A DNA stretch of 64,000 nucleotides from an uncultured Acidobacteriota bacterium (GCA_963813155.1 CAWEYG010000001.1:1-64000); one strand, 5' to 3'. Counted from the first letter of the stretch, positions 31,553 to 42,378 are shown. Program-made: numbers and translations. The notes: generated from the letters alone by a model not told the origin.

Positions 31553-32338
31553 ATGGCTCCCAAGGTTCCCGTTGCCCTCGCCATCGCAGGCACGGACTCG
31601 GGAGGGGGCGCGGGCCTGGCCGCGGACCTTCTCACATTCGCGGCGCACCGCGTCTTCGGGACGGTCGCGGTTGCGGCGATCACGGTGCAAAACACGCGGG
31701 AGATCACGCGCTCGCAGGCCGTCGCGGCGGACCTGCTCTCCGACCAGATCCACGCCGTCTTTTCCGATTTCTCTCCCTCCGCCGTCAAGATCGGAATGCT
31801 CGCGACGGCCGCGAACGTTTCGGCGACGGCCCGCGCCCTGCGCAAGTGGAAGGCGAAGAACATCGTGCTCGACCCGGTGCTCCTCTCGACGACCGGAGTG
31901 CGATTGCTCGCTCCCTCGGCGGTCGCACCCCTCAAGAAAGAGCTCATCCCGCTGGCGGCGGTGCTGACGCCGAACCTCCCCGAGGCGGAGGCGCTCGTCG
32001 GATTTCCGATTCGCGACGAGGGGGACCGGCGCCTCGCGGCAGGCGTGCTCGCCGACCTCGGCGCCGCGTCGATCCTCCTCAAAGGAGGGCACACGAGCGG
32101 AAATCAGATCAGCGACCTCTTCTTCGACGGCAAGCGATTCCTCGAGTTCCACAATTTCCGCGTCGCAACGACGGCCACTCACGGAACGGGCTGCGCGCTG
32201 TCCTCCGCGATCGCCGCGAACCTCGCGCGCGGCGCGAAGCCCGCGGAAGCCGTGAAGAACGGAATCGAGTACCTGCGCGGCGCACTGAAGCGGGGAATCT
32301 TCCCCGGCCAGGGCTTCGGAACCCCGGGACACTACTAG
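31553..32338 (+). CDS. thiD: Hydroxymethylpyrimidine/phosphomethylpyrimidine kinase
   Basis: IAGTDSGGGAG, VKIGML, LTPNLPEA, LKGGH, THGTGC. Confidence 0.95.
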   Translation: MAPKVPVALAIAGTDSGGGAGLAADLLTFAAHRVFGTVAVAAITVQNTREITRSQAVAADLLSDQIHAVFSDFSPSAVKIGMLATAANVSATARALRKWKAKNIVLDPVLLSTTGVRLLAPSAVAPLKKELIPLAAVLTPNLPEAEALVGFPIRDEGDRRLAAGVLADLGAASILLKGGHTSGNQISDLFFDGKRFLEFHNFRVATTATHGTGCALSSAIAANLARGAKPAEAVKNGIEYLRGALKRGIFPGQGFGTPGHY

Positions 32339-32369
32339 ACCGTCCGACGGGAGCTCGGCCGGCGCCACG

Positions 32370-33194
32370 TCACGGTTCGAACGACGAATTGAGCTCCCGA
32401 GAAGTCACCGCGTCGTCTGCGAACGTGAACGTCCCCTGATCCCGCATTTCCCTCGCGGCGCGCAGAAAGGCGCCGAGCGCCGAGCGGGAAAGCGCGCTCC
32501 CCACGCTGACGCGCCGCACGCCGATCTCGGAAAGCTCGGCGAGGCTCAGCCGGGCCCCCTGAAGCCCCATGACGACGTTCACCGGCCGATCCACGGAGCG
32601 CACGACGGCCACAATCTCCTCGCGCGTGGTCAGGCCCGGCGCGTACAGTACGTCCGCCCCCGCCTCCTGAAACGCCTGAAGCCGACGGATCGTGTCGTCC
32701 AGATCGGGCCGTCCCAGGAGATAGTTCTCGGCCCGGGCCATCAGCGTGAAGGAAAACGGGAGAGCTCGCGCGGCCGACGCGGCGGCGCGAACCCTTTCCG
32801 CGGCGAGCGCGAGCTCGTAGATCGGCTCGTCCGTCCGACCCGAGTTGTCTTCGATCGAGCCGCCGACGACTCCCGCCTGCGCGGCGAGGCGAATCGCCTC
32901 CGCAGCCGCCTCGGGATCGTGCCCGAAACCGTTCCCGAGATCGGCGCTGACCGGCAGGTCCGTCGCCGATGCGATCACGGCGAGGTGATCCATCGTCGCG
33001 TCGCGTCCGACCGTGTTGTCCCGCCGCCCCAGGGAAAATGCATGGCCGGCGCTCGTCGTCGCGAGCGCCTCGAAGCCGAGACCCGCGAGCAGGCGGGCGG
33101 TTCCGGCGTCCCACGGGTTCGGGATGAGAAACGCGGCGCTTCTCTCGTGAAGCGCTCGAAAGAGACTCGCCCTTTCCGACTGGGAGACCATCAC
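32370..33194 (-). CDS. Isocitrate lyase/PEP mutase family protein
   Basis: PNPWDAGTA, ATTSAG, LPVSAD, GGSIED, AGADVLYAPG. Confidence 0.9.
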   Translation of the reverse strand: MMVSQSERASLFRALHERSAAFLIPNPWDAGTARLLAGLGFEALATTSAGHAFSLGRRDNTVGRDATMDHLAVIASATDLPVSADLGNGFGHDPEAAAEAIRLAAQAGVVGGSIEDNSGRTDEPIYELALAAERVRAAASAARALPFSFTLMARAENYLLGRPDLDDTIRRLQAFQEAGADVLYAPGLTTREEIVAVVRSVDRPVNVVMGLQGARLSLAELSEIGVRRVSVGSALSRSALGAFLRAAREMRDQGTFTFADDAVTSRELNSSFEP

Positions 33195-34033
33195 GTCCTC
33201 CGGATTCCGGCCGGGACCGCTTCGGCCAGGTACATCATCCGCGAAACCGCGCCCCGCTCGGAGAGCGCGATGACCGTCTCGAGGTAGCTCCGTTGAGCTC
33301 CGTAACGCTCCGCGCCTTCGACTGCCTCGAGCTCGTCGCGATGGGCGATCCGCGATGCGAGGCGTCCCTTCGCCGACGCGATCAGCGCCTCCGTCCGGTC
33401 GGCGCTTTCGACGAGACGCAGGCCGGCGCCATCGAGAGACCGTTCGTTGAATCCCGGGGGCACGAACCGCGTGAAGCCGTGAATCGATCGCCGCGCCGTT
33501 TCGGCCTCCGACAGCGCTCCCGAGACGACGCCCGCGTCGGTGAACAAGAACCGTCCCCCCGGCGCGAGGATTCGCGCGACCTCGCGGAAGACCGCCGAGC
33601 GGTCCCGGAGATGAAGGACGACGTCGATCGAGACGGCCGCGTCGAAACTTCCGGAGGGAAACGGCAGCGGATCGTTCGAGTCGCCGACCCGCACGTCGAC
33701 CCGGCCGCCGAGGCCGAGCGAAACCGAGCGAGCCCTCGCGGACTCGATCGCCGCAGGGCTCAGATCGATGCCGGTCGCGCGGCAGCCGGCCTGCGCGGCG
33801 AGAAACGTCAGCGGACCGCCTGGACCCGAGCCCAGGTCCAGGAGCCGGCTGGACGCCGTCAGCCGCAGCCGGGGGATGTCGAGCATCAACTCTTCCGCGG
33901 TGACCCAGGAATGCTGCCCGATGTCCTGCCCGTATGCGTCCCGCCGATGCCGCCGCATGAGCGGCGTGTCGAACTGCTCGTACGAAAAATCGTAACCCCG
34001 GGCTTCCCCCGGGTTCGAATCCGACAAGGTCAC
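33191..34033 (-). CDS. Class I SAM-dependent methyltransferase
   Basis: LLDLGSGPGG, FDAAVS, LAPGGRF. Confidence 0.88.
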   Translation of the reverse strand: MTLSDSNPGEARGYDFSYEQFDTPLMRRHRRDAYGQDIGQHSWVTAEELMLDIPRLRLTASSRLLDLGSGPGGPLTFLAAQAGCRATGIDLSPAAIESARARSVSLGLGGRVDVRVGDSNDPLPFPSGSFDAAVSIDVVLHLRDRSAVFREVARILAPGGRFLFTDAGVVSGALSEAETARRSIHGFTRFVPPGFNERSLDGAGLRLVESADRTEALIASAKGRLASRIAHRDELEAVEGAERYGAQRSYLETVIALSERGAVSRMMYLAEAVPAGIRRT

Positions 34034-34518
34034 CGCCCTTTCTTCCTAGTCACTGCGATGTCCCGCAGGTGCTGCCGGGCGTGCTCGCACTCGTCGGCGA
34101 GCACCTGTTCCAGCGAGCGGCGCCTGGGACGCGCCCCGGCGGAATCGACGAGCCGGACGGACCGCTTCATCCCGCCCGGCGCGGCGCGCGCGAGCCCCGC
34201 GACGTGGCCGCAAAGCGCTTCCAGCAATCGTAGGGCGGGCTCGAGCGGCGCCCGGCGGTAACCGAGATTTTTCACCCAGCGCGCGTCGGGATACATCCAC
34301 GACCAGTCGAACGTGCAACCCGGCTTGCCGAGGGCAGCGAGCGCGATCGTCGACGCGACGATGTTCGCCTCGACGAGATGGTGCGCGTACTCGAGGATCG
34401 AAAGCCCTTCCGAGCCGCCGCGCCGCCGGAGATCGCCCGCCGAAAGCTCCCCGACCGCCCTCCGGAGCTTGCGCGGGATCGCCTTCCACCGAGTCAGGGT
34501 CTTCCCCCGGCCTTCCAT
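34030..34518 (-). CDS. DinB/YfiT superfamily protein
   Basis: SILEYAHHL and HARQHL metal-binding His pattern. Confidence 0.7.
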   Translation of the reverse strand: MEGRGKTLTRWKAIPRKLRRAVGELSAGDLRRRGGSEGLSILEYAHHLVEANIVASTIALAALGKPGCTFDWSWMYPDARWVKNLGYRRAPLEPALRLLEALCGHVAGLARAAPGGMKRSVRLVDSAGARPRRRSLEQVLADECEHARQHLRDIAVTRKKGR

Positions 34519-34536
34519 GCGACCTCTACAGGATTT

Positions 34537-35037
34537 TCACTTGGCGGGCTCGGAATCCGCGAGCCCCCGCCCGATCGAGCTCACGATCGGGATGGCGACG
34601 AACGGGATGTGGCCGATCAGTTGGATCCACCACCGAACGGTGATCGAGGGAGGCCGATGCGCGAGAAGCGGAATCACCAGGAGCGACATCACGATCCAGA
34701 TGAAGGGACCGAAGAGCGAGGCGACTTTCACCGTGCCAAAGGGACGGCCGAGAACGCTCCGGAGGCCCGGAGAAAGCGTCACCAGCCCGAGAAAGACGGC
34801 AGACCAGCCGAACGCCGTGCAGAAATGGAGGAAAACTCCGAAGAGCGACGCCGGGGTTCCGCCCTCGAGCGCCTGCGGGCCGAGCACGACGCTTGCGACG
34901 CCCCGCCAGAGCCGCCCGACCGTGGAGTGGTAGAACGCGACGGCGAGAATGCTCGAGAACAATCCGTCGCTGATGCCCGTCAGCAGGCCGGCCCGAACGA
35001 GCGTCGCGATTCCCCCGGTCCTCTGCACGGCGATCAT
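34537..35037 (-). CDS. Hypothetical membrane protein (about four TM helices)
   Basis: Hydrophobic helices with intramembrane His (FLHF, IGHIPFV). Confidence 0.7.
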   Translation of the reverse strand: MIAVQRTGGIATLVRAGLLTGISDGLFSSILAVAFYHSTVGRLWRGVASVVLGPQALEGGTPASLFGVFLHFCTAFGWSAVFLGLVTLSPGLRSVLGRPFGTVKVASLFGPFIWIVMSLLVIPLLAHRPPSITVRWWIQLIGHIPFVAIPIVSSIGRGLADSEPAK

Positions 35038-35055
35038 TCTAGTGCGCTGCAGCCC

Positions 35056-35397
35056 TCAGCGAACAAGCGGAAGGGAGCCGGTGATCGAATCGATCGCGGC
35101 CTCGTCCGCAGGGCCGATGCCCAGGCACGTCACCGTGCCGGGCGCGACGACGGTGCGTCCGGCATCGGCCACGACGTCCGCCGGGAGACCCGCGTCCACC
35201 GCCTGCCGGCGAAGAGCGAGCAGCTCGGCCGCCGTTCCGCAGCCGAGCACGACCTTCGCCATGCCGTCCGCGAGCCATGCCGTCTGCGCGGCCGCGGGCG
35301 CGGCGAGAAACGCGGCGAGTGACGCGTGCGCGACCTGCGACGCGAGCTTGCCCCGCGGAAGTTCCAGCGACTCGTTGACGACGATGACCTGCTTCAC
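35056..35397 (-). CDS. pth2: Peptidyl-tRNA hydrolase Pth2
   Basis: KQVIVV, GKLASQVAHA, KVVL, DAGRT, TCLGIGP. Confidence 0.9.
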   Translation of the reverse strand: MKQVIVVNESLELPRGKLASQVAHASLAAFLAAPAAAQTAWLADGMAKVVLGCGTAAELLALRRQAVDAGLPADVVADAGRTVVAPGTVTCLGIGPADEAAIDSITGSLPLVR

Positions 35398-36059
35398 GAT
35401 ACGGCTCGCCCGCCCGGGCGGCGAGTCAGGATGACATGGGTCGCCCGCTCGCCGGGCACCCACTTCGCGCATTCATAACCCAGCGCATGCAGATCGATGC
35501 CGTGGAAGAGGTTCTCTCCGGACCCGAGCAGGACGGGACGGAGGGCGAGGTGCAGCTCGTCGATCAGTCCGGCGCCCAGATACTGCCGGATCGTGGAAAC
35601 GCCGCCGCCCAGACGGACATCGCGGCCGCCCGCCGCGGCCTTCGCCTGCTCCAGAGCCGAGTGGATCCCTTCCGTGACGAATCGAAATTCCGTGCCTCCC
35701 GCCATCCGAAGAGGAGCACGCGCGTGGTGCGTCAGCACGAACACGGGCGTGTGGTACGGCGGCTCGTCGCCCCACCACCCCTTCCAGCTCTCGTCCGGCC
35801 AGGGGCCCCGAACGGGACCGAACATGTTGCGCCCGAGGATCCACGCGCCGAGCCCGGCCATGGCCTGCTCTGCGAAACCGTTGTCGACGCCGGTCTCTCC
35901 GCCCGGTTCGCCGTGCATCTTCTTCCAGACGCGCGTCTCGAAGAACCACTCCATTAGCTCCGGCCCCCGCACTCCGAGCGGATTCTGGAGATCCTGGTTC
36001 GGACCGGCGCCGTAGCCGTCGAGCGAGATCGCGAAGCTTTGGACGCGGAGTTTCGACAT
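35394..36059 (-). CDS. Dihydrofolate reductase family (RibD C-terminal) protein
   Basis: ISLDGYGAG, LGRNMF, PVFVLTH, GGGVST, IDELHL. Confidence 0.9.
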   Translation of the reverse strand: MSKLRVQSFAISLDGYGAGPNQDLQNPLGVRGPELMEWFFETRVWKKMHGEPGGETGVDNGFAEQAMAGLGAWILGRNMFGPVRGPWPDESWKGWWGDEPPYHTPVFVLTHHARAPLRMAGGTEFRFVTEGIHSALEQAKAAAGGRDVRLGGGVSTIRQYLGAGLIDELHLALRPVLLGSGENLFHGIDLHALGYECAKWVPGERATHVILTRRPGGRAVS

Positions 36060-36077
36060 CAGGACCCCCGCTGAAAC

Positions 36078-36458
36078 CTAGACATCGCCGGTCGGCACGA
36101 TCGCGGCCGTTTCGACCATGAGAATGACCGCTCGCTCCGGCGCGCGCGTGCGGTGCACGACGCCCCGGGGCACGACGAAGCCCTGCTGCGGACCGAGGTC
36201 GACGACCCGATCCTCCAGGTCGACGAGAAAACGGCCCTCCAGGACGAAGAAGAACTCGTCGTCGTTGTCGTGCTTGTGCCAGTGGTATTCGCCCTGCATC
36301 ACCCCGAGCCGGACGACCGAATCGTTGACCTTGCACAGCGTCTGGTTGTACCAGCGGTCCGTGACCGCGGCGAGCACCGAGGGGACGTCCACGACGGCGA
36401 GCGACGGGAAGAGGATGTTGAGAAAGGTTGCGTACGGGTACTCGGTCTTCTCATTCAT
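36078..36458 (-). CDS. Cupin domain protein
   Basis: WHKHDNDDEFFFVLEG...VPRGVVH. Confidence 0.9.
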   Translation of the reverse strand: MNEKTEYPYATFLNILFPSLAVVDVPSVLAAVTDRWYNQTLCKVNDSVVRLGVMQGEYHWHKHDNDDEFFFVLEGRFLVDLEDRVVDLGPQQGFVVPRGVVHRTRAPERAVILMVETAAIVPTGDV

Positions 36459-36475
36459 GGGACTTCCTTTCGCGC

Positions 36476-36862
36476 TCAGCGGCCGACCTCGGTTCCCTTG
36501 GCCAGTTCCGCTTCCAGGTCTGTGGTGTCCAGCTCGAATACATGGTTGTCGTAGTCGAAGAAATAGAGAGCCGTATCGCCTCGAGCAAGAATGAACTCGT
36601 GATTCATTGCCTTCAGCCTTTCGGCGCAGGCCAGGAGAGTGGCTTTCGAAACCGAGAATGCAACGTGGTCACCGGTTCTTGGACGTTCCACGGGTGCTTG
36701 AACGAGCGCAAACCAGGTTCGGCCCAGCCGGACAAACGTTTCATCATGGCCTTCCGAATCGGTGCGCGATATGACCTTGCAATCGAACAACTCCCTGAAG
36801 AGAGAAGTTGTTCTGGCCGAATCTTGAACGACCAGGGCAACATGGCTTATTGCGTCGAGCAT
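36476..36862 (-). CDS. VOC-family protein, FosX-like
   Basis: ISHVALVV, DHVAF, YFFDYDNHVFEL. Confidence 0.78.
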   Translation of the reverse strand: MLDAISHVALVVQDSARTTSLFRELFDCKVISRTDSEGHDETFVRLGRTWFALVQAPVERPRTGDHVAFSVSKATLLACAERLKAMNHEFILARGDTALYFFDYDNHVFELDTTDLEAELAKGTEVGR

Positions 36863-36901
36863 GGGACCAGAATCACTCTTCATCGCTCGAAAATCATACC
36901 C

Positions 36902-37738
36902 TCAGCCCTGCTCATCCGCCTTCCCCCCTGCGATCGTTCTCCACTCCCCGTCCTTCTCGATGCTCCGGACCTTCAAGCCCGCGGCCCTCAGGCCCGCGAC
37001 GGCATCGGACTCCCGTTCATCGAGGATCCCGGACAGCACGACCACTCCGTTGGAAGAAAGAAGCTTCGCGATCGGCGGAATCAGCGGCGCAACTTCTTCC
37101 CAGATCATGTTCGCGAGGACGCGGTCGAACTCCCCCGCGAGACACTCGATGCCGCCGAGAAGCAGTGAGATCCGCGCGGTCGTCGGGTTGCGGATGAGGT
37201 TCTTTCTCGATTCGAAGACGGCCTCCGGATCCACGTCGAAAGCGACGCACCACCGCGCCCCGAGGCGCGCGGCCGCAATCGCGAGGATGGCCGTGCCGCA
37301 GCCGGCGTCCAGCACCCGCTTCCCCGAAATGTCCTCCTTCTCGAGGAATCGGAGGATCCCGCGCGTCGATTCGTGCAAACCCGTTCCGAAAGCTCCCGCC
37401 GCCGGAATGTGGAGGAACCGCTCCGCCGGGCCGGATCGCTCGCCCGGCTCGTCGCGCGCGTCGATCGTGAAACCGGCGATCGAAAACGGCTCCAGGCGCG
37501 CGCGGTACGAGGCGTTCCAGTCTTCGTCTTCGACGGCGCTCTCGGCGCTTGACGCGATCCCCCGCTCCCGCAACAATTCCCGGGCGGCGCGAGCCTGTTC
37601 GGCGGAGGAAAAGACGGCGACGAAGACGGGCCCGGCCTCGCCGTCCGCCTCGAAGCCCCCGGCCGAGGCGCACAGATAGAGGACCTCGGCGGCGCGCTCC
37701 GCGTCGCCGGCCGGAATCTCGATTCGCGAGAAGGTCAA
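36902..37738 (-). CDS. prmA: Ribosomal protein L11 methyltransferase
   Basis: AFGTGLHEST, VLDAGCGTAILAI, LSGIL; follows dnaJ. Confidence 0.9.
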   Translation of the reverse strand: MTFSRIEIPAGDAERAAEVLYLCASAGGFEADGEAGPVFVAVFSSAEQARAARELLRERGIASSAESAVEDEDWNASYRARLEPFSIAGFTIDARDEPGERSGPAERFLHIPAAGAFGTGLHESTRGILRFLEKEDISGKRVLDAGCGTAILAIAAARLGARWCVAFDVDPEAVFESRKNLIRNPTTARISLLLGGIECLAGEFDRVLANMIWEEVAPLIPPIAKLLSSNGVVVLSGILDERESDAVAGLRAAGLKVRSIEKDGEWRTIAGGKADEQG

Positions 37739-38823
37739 CCTTCGAAAATCTTCTTGACGCGCGCGAACGTCTTTTTCTTCGAGACGGGCGCGTCGATCAG
37801 CTTCGCGTAGCTTTCGAGCAGCTCGCGCTCTTCCTTGCGGGGAGATTTCGGGACGGCCACGTTCAGGCGGACGATCTGGTCGCCGCGGCCGGACGAACCG
37901 AGCCGGACGACCCCCTTCCGGCGCAACCGGACTTCCGACGCGGCGGGCGTGCCCGGCGCGATCGTGATCGTGTCCTCGCCCTCGAGCGTCGGGACCTCGA
38001 CTTCACCGCCGAGGACGAAAACGGGGAAAGGCAGCTCCATGTCGAGAATCACGTCGTCCCCTTCGCGATGGAAGAGGTCGTGCTCGGCGACGGAGAGGAC
38101 GACGTAGAGGTCCCCGGCCGATCCGCCGCGGGGCGCGGCGTTGCCCTCTCCCGTGAGGCGCAGGCGCGAGCCACTCTCGACTCCTCCCGGGATCTTGATC
38201 GTCAGCGTGCGCTCCGAGGGAAGCCGCCCCTCGCCCCGGCAGGCCGGACAGGGTTTTTCGATCCTCGTGCCCTCGCCCTGGCAGCCGGGGCAAGTGCGCG
38301 CCATCGTGAAGAATCCCTGGGAATACCGGACCTGGCCGCGGCCGCGGCACGTAGAGCAGGTGACCGGCTGCGAGCCCTTCTCGGCCCCCGTTCCCCGGCA
38401 TTCCCCGCACGGCTCGTAGCGCTCGATCGTGACCGGAGACTCCGTGCCGAACGCGGCGTCGGAAAACGAGAGCTCGAGATGCACGACGACATCGCTGCCC
38501 GAAGACTGCTGCCGGCCGAACCCTCCCCCGAAGAACTGGCCGAAGAGATCGGAGAAATCGGAAAAAATCGACGGATCGAACCCGCCCGGGCTGCCGCCTC
38601 CGCGCAGCCCGTCGTGGCCGAAACGGTCGTAGCGATCGCGCTTGTCGGGGTCGGAGAGGACCGAATAGGCCTCCGACGCCTCCTTGAACCTCTCGGCCGC
38701 CTCCGCGTCGCCGGCGTTCTTGTCGGGATGGAACTGGATCGCCAGCTTCCGGTATGCCGACTTCAGTTCCCCGGTCCCGGCGTCTCGGACGACGCCCAGA
38801 ATCTCGTAGTAGTCGCGCTTCAT
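37735..38823 (-). CDS. dnaJ: Chaperone DnaJ
   Basis: [11 protein letters not shown], four CxxCxGxG repeats. Confidence 0.97.
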   Translation of the reverse strand: MKRDYYEILGVVRDAGTGELKSAYRKLAIQFHPDKNAGDAEAAERFKEASEAYSVLSDPDKRDRYDRFGHDGLRGGGSPGGFDPSIFSDFSDLFGQFFGGGFGRQQSSGSDVVVHLELSFSDAAFGTESPVTIERYEPCGECRGTGAEKGSQPVTCSTCRGRGQVRYSQGFFTMARTCPGCQGEGTRIEKPCPACRGEGRLPSERTLTIKIPGGVESGSRLRLTGEGNAAPRGGSAGDLYVVLSVAEHDLFHREGDDVILDMELPFPVFVLGGEVEVPTLEGEDTITIAPGTPAASEVRLRRKGVVRLGSSGRGDQIVRLNVAVPKSPRKEERELLESYAKLIDAPVSKKKTFARVKKIFEG

Positions 38824-40643
38824 GCCGCGGAGCCCGACCGGGAATGGGAAAGCATGGCCTGGGTCAGCGCCCGCGCTCCCGCTTTCAGCGCGGTGATGGC
38901 CGCCTCGATCTGCGGCATCGAATCCGTGCTGCAGGCGTCGCGCGCGGTTTTCAACGCCTGGGAAATCTGCTCGCGGTCCTCCGGCGAGAGGAGCCGCCCG
39001 AATTCGGAAAACACTTTCTCGTTGGAGCGCAGCATCCCCTCCAGGCGCGTCCGGGCGACGCGCGCTTCGCGCCGCGTTTTGTCGGCGCCCTCGTTCTCCT
39101 GCGCTTCCTGGATCAGCCTTTCGATCTCCGCGCCGGAGAGGCCGCCGGCCGGTGTGATCTGGATTCCCTGCGCCTTCCCGGTGGCCTGGTCCTTCGCCGA
39201 GACGTTGACGATGCCGTTGGAGTCGATCGCAAACGTCACTTCGATCTGCGGAACGCCGCGCGGCGCCGCCGGCACGCCGACGAGATCGAACCGCCCGAGC
39301 GACTTGTTGTCCCGCGCGAGGCCGCGCTCCCCCTGAAGCACGTGGATCTCCACCGCCGACTGGTTGTCGACGACGGTCGTGAAGATCTTGGAGTTCTTCG
39401 TCGGGATCGTGGAGTTTCGCTCGATCAGCTTCTCGAAGATCCCGCCGTGGGTCTCGATTCCGAGAGACAGCGGCGTCACGTCGAGAAGGACGACGTCCTT
39501 GATCTCGCCCCGGAGGACGCTTCCCTGGATCGCCGCGCCGACCGCGACGACTTCGTCCGGATTGATGTCGCGCGAGGGCTCCTTTCCGAAGATCTCGGCG
39601 ACCGTCTGCTGGACGCGCGGGGTGCGGGTCTGGCCCCCGACCAGGATGACGGTGTCGATCTCACCCGGCTCGAGGTTCGCGGCCTTCAGGGCGTCGTGGC
39701 ACGGACCGGCGGTCCGGTCGATCAGGTCGCCGACGAGCCCCTCGAAGACCTTTCGCGTGAGCACGGTGTTGATGTGCTTGGGCCCCGACGGATCCGCGGA
39801 GATGAACGGCAGCGTGATCGAGGCCTCTTCCGCGGTCGAGAGCTCGCACTTCGCCTTTTCGGCGGCCTCCTTGAGTCTCTGCAGCGCCATCCGGTCGTTT
39901 CGCAGATCGATCCCGGTGGACTTCTGGAAGTCGCCGAGAAGCCAGTCCATGATGCGCTTGTCGAAGTCCTCCCCGCCGAGGTACGTGTCGCCCGAGGTCG
40001 ACTTGACCTCGTAGATGCCGTCGCCGAGCTGAAGAATCGAAACGTCGAACGTGCCGCCACCGAGGTCGTAGACGGCGACGATCTCGCTTCCCTTCCGATC
40101 GACGCCGTAGGCGAGCGCGGCGGCCGTCGGCTCGTTGATGATGCGCTTGACCTCGAGGCCCGCGAGCCGGCCCGCGTCGCGGGTCGCCTGGCGCTGCGCG
40201 TCGTCGAAGTAAGCGGGGACGGTGATGATCGCTTCCGTCACGTCCTCGCCGAGCGCCTCCTCGGCGAATTGCTTGAGCTCCATCAGGACGAAGGCGCTGA
40301 TCTCCTCGGGACTGTAGTCCCGGCCGCGCACCCGAATCTTCACGTCGCCGTTGGCGCCCTCGGCGATCTCGTACGGCAGCACCTCGCGGGCGCGGGCGAC
40401 TTCCTCGGCGCGGAACTTCCGCCCGATCAGCCTCTTCGTCGCGAAGATCGTGTTGACGGGGTTCGTGATCGCCTGGCGTTTCGCGATCTGTCCGACGAGA
40501 CGCTCGCCGTCCTCCGTCAGGCCGACGACCGACGGCGTCGTGCGCGCGCCCTCGCGATTCGCGAGAACGGAGGGATGCTGGAGCTCCAGCACCGCGACGC
40601 AGGAGTTCGTCGTGCCGAGGTCGATCCCGAGAATCCGCCCCAT
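38820..40643 (-). CDS. dnaK: Chaperone DnaK
   Basis: [37 protein letters not shown]. Confidence 0.97.
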   Translation of the reverse strand: MGRILGIDLGTTNSCVAVLELQHPSVLANREGARTTPSVVGLTEDGERLVGQIAKRQAITNPVNTIFATKRLIGRKFRAEEVARAREVLPYEIAEGANGDVKIRVRGRDYSPEEISAFVLMELKQFAEEALGEDVTEAIITVPAYFDDAQRQATRDAGRLAGLEVKRIINEPTAAALAYGVDRKGSEIVAVYDLGGGTFDVSILQLGDGIYEVKSTSGDTYLGGEDFDKRIMDWLLGDFQKSTGIDLRNDRMALQRLKEAAEKAKCELSTAEEASITLPFISADPSGPKHINTVLTRKVFEGLVGDLIDRTAGPCHDALKAANLEPGEIDTVILVGGQTRTPRVQQTVAEIFGKEPSRDINPDEVVAVGAAIQGSVLRGEIKDVVLLDVTPLSLGIETHGGIFEKLIERNSTIPTKNSKIFTTVVDNQSAVEIHVLQGERGLARDNKSLGRFDLVGVPAAPRGVPQIEVTFAIDSNGIVNVSAKDQATGKAQGIQITPAGGLSGAEIERLIQEAQENEGADKTRREARVARTRLEGMLRSNEKVFSEFGRLLSPEDREQISQALKTARDACSTDSMPQIEAAITALKAGARALTQAMLSHSRSGSAA

Positions 40644-41253
40644 CTCCGTCGTGCGCCGAGGCGGTCGCGACTTTGACGAAGGCCGGCCGCAGCAGCCGGT
40701 CGTTCAGGTAGTAACCCTTCTGGAGCACCTGGAGAATCTCGTTCGGGTCGCGGCCTTCGCTCGCGGCTCGCGCGACGGCTTCGTGGATGTTCGGGTCGAA
40801 CGGACCGTCGGTGGCGACCTCCGTCAGCCCGCGCTTCTTGAGGGCGTCGGTGAGCTGGCGGTAGATCAGCGTCACTCCTTCGCGGTATTCGTCGTCGGCC
40901 GCGTCGCTGTGGGCGAGCGCGCGCTCGAAATTGTCGAGGACCGGCAGGACGTCGCGGAAGAAATCCGCGAGCGCGAAGCGGAAATAGTCCGACTTCTCGC
41001 GTTCCGTCCGCTTCTTGAAGTTTTCGAATTCCGCGAGCTTTCGCAGCTGCGCGTCCTTGAGCTCCTGGATCTCGCGCTCGGAGGCCTCGAGCTTCGCGCG
41101 AAGCCCCTCCTCGCCGGCGGCCAGTTGCTCCGCCTCGTGCTGCGAAAGGATCTCTTCGAGCGACTCCGTCGGGGGCTCGACGATGACGACGTCGTCCTGC
41201 GGCGAATCTTCGTCGCGGTTCCCCGGATCAGGACGATCCCGGCGATCGGCCAT
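40644..41253 (-). CDS. grpE: Nucleotide exchange factor GrpE (stop codon not evident)
   Basis: [45 protein letters not shown]. Confidence 0.93.
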
Positions 41254-42295
41254 CTTTGGGCTTCCCTCCTTCGGCTCCCTGCTCCAGTCTGGCGGAAAGG
41301 GTCCGACCCAGAAATTCTACCAGCGGAACGACCCTGGGATAAGACATTCGAAGCGATCCGATGATCCCGAGGACCCCCTGAGGACGGTGCTCTCCCCCGT
41401 ACCGCGTGACGACCGCCGAGATCGGCTTTCCCGACGTCAGGTGGCTTTCCGACCCGATGACGATCCGCGGGCCCTCCCCCTCGAGGCATTGGTCGAGAAG
41501 CTCGACGAGATTCGCCCTCTCTTCGAACGCCTGGTACACGCGCTTGATGCTCTCCGGCTGGGCGAACTCCGGACGGTCGAGCAGGAGCCGGGCTCCCTCG
41601 GTGTAGACGTCATTGGGTTCCGACGTGGACAGCGCGCGTCGCGCAAGGTCCAGCGTTTCGAAGAGGACCCGGTCGAACCGCGCCCGCTCCTCCTGCATCG
41701 CGAGGGTCACCCGGTTGCGCATCGCCACAAGGGTCGACCCTCCGAACTCCGCGGTGAGCTTCCTCCCGGCGCGCTCCAGGGCCGCGGCATCGAGGCGCCC
41801 CCCGGTGTCGATCAGTCGCGTGAAGACGAGATCCCCTTCCCCGACCTGGATCGCGAGGGCCTTGTCGCGGCCGATCGGCACGAATTTCAGCTCCCGGACG
41901 ACAGAATGCCTCGAATCGGGCGCGACGACGATGCCGATCTCCCCGGAGAGGCGCGACAACAGCTTCGAAACTGCCGGGTAGAGCAGATTCGGATCGTGTC
42001 CCGCCCCCGAGAGGTCGAGCGCGACGAGCTCTTTCGTGTTCGAGCTCACGTCTTTCGGCTTCATGAGGCTCCGCACGTAATGCCGGTACCCCTTGTCGGT
42101 CGGCACCCTCCCGGCCGACGTGTGCGGCTGGGTGAGATAACCGGCGTCCGTGAGGTCCGCCATCAGATTCCGAAGCGTCGCCGCCGAACTGTGGAATTTC
42201 GTCAGCTTCGCGAGCGAACGGGACGAGACGGGCCGGCCCGTTTCGGCGTGGATGCGAATGATCTCCCGCATGACCTCGCGGGCCCGTTCGTCCAT
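41228..42295 (-). CDS. hrcA: Heat-inducible transcription repressor HrcA
   Basis: PVSS, SAATLRNLMADL, QPHTSAGRVPTDKGYR. Confidence 0.95.
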   Translation of the reverse strand: MDERAREVMREIIRIHAETGRPVSSRSLAKLTKFHSSAATLRNLMADLTDAGYLTQPHTSAGRVPTDKGYRHYVRSLMKPKDVSSNTKELVALDLSGAGHDPNLLYPAVSKLLSRLSGEIGIVVAPDSRHSVVRELKFVPIGRDKALAIQVGEGDLVFTRLIDTGGRLDAAALERAGRKLTAEFGGSTLVAMRNRVTLAMQEERARFDRVLFETLDLARRALSTSEPNDVYTEGARLLLDRPEFAQPESIKRVYQAFEERANLVELLDQCLEGEGPRIVIGSESHLTSGKPISAVVTRYGGEHRPQGVLGIIGSLRMSYPRVVPLVEFLGRTLSARLEQGAEGGKPKDGRSPGSS

Positions 42296-42378
42296 CGGCT
42301 CCTGGGTTTTCGGGGAGGATTGCAACCCGGCTCTCCTTGCGTGTTCACGCGACGTGCTAGATTGGAAGCTTAACCGAA

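Noticed and set aside
39661-41253. 530-aa extended GrpE overlapping dnaK
   Set aside because: The tail is the off-frame reading of dnaK; a stop codon lost to sequencing error is more likely
42330-42375. CIRCE operator upstream of hrcA
   Set aside because: Only a half-site-like CTAGCAC on the minus strand; no matching GAGTGCTAA arm at 9-nt spacing
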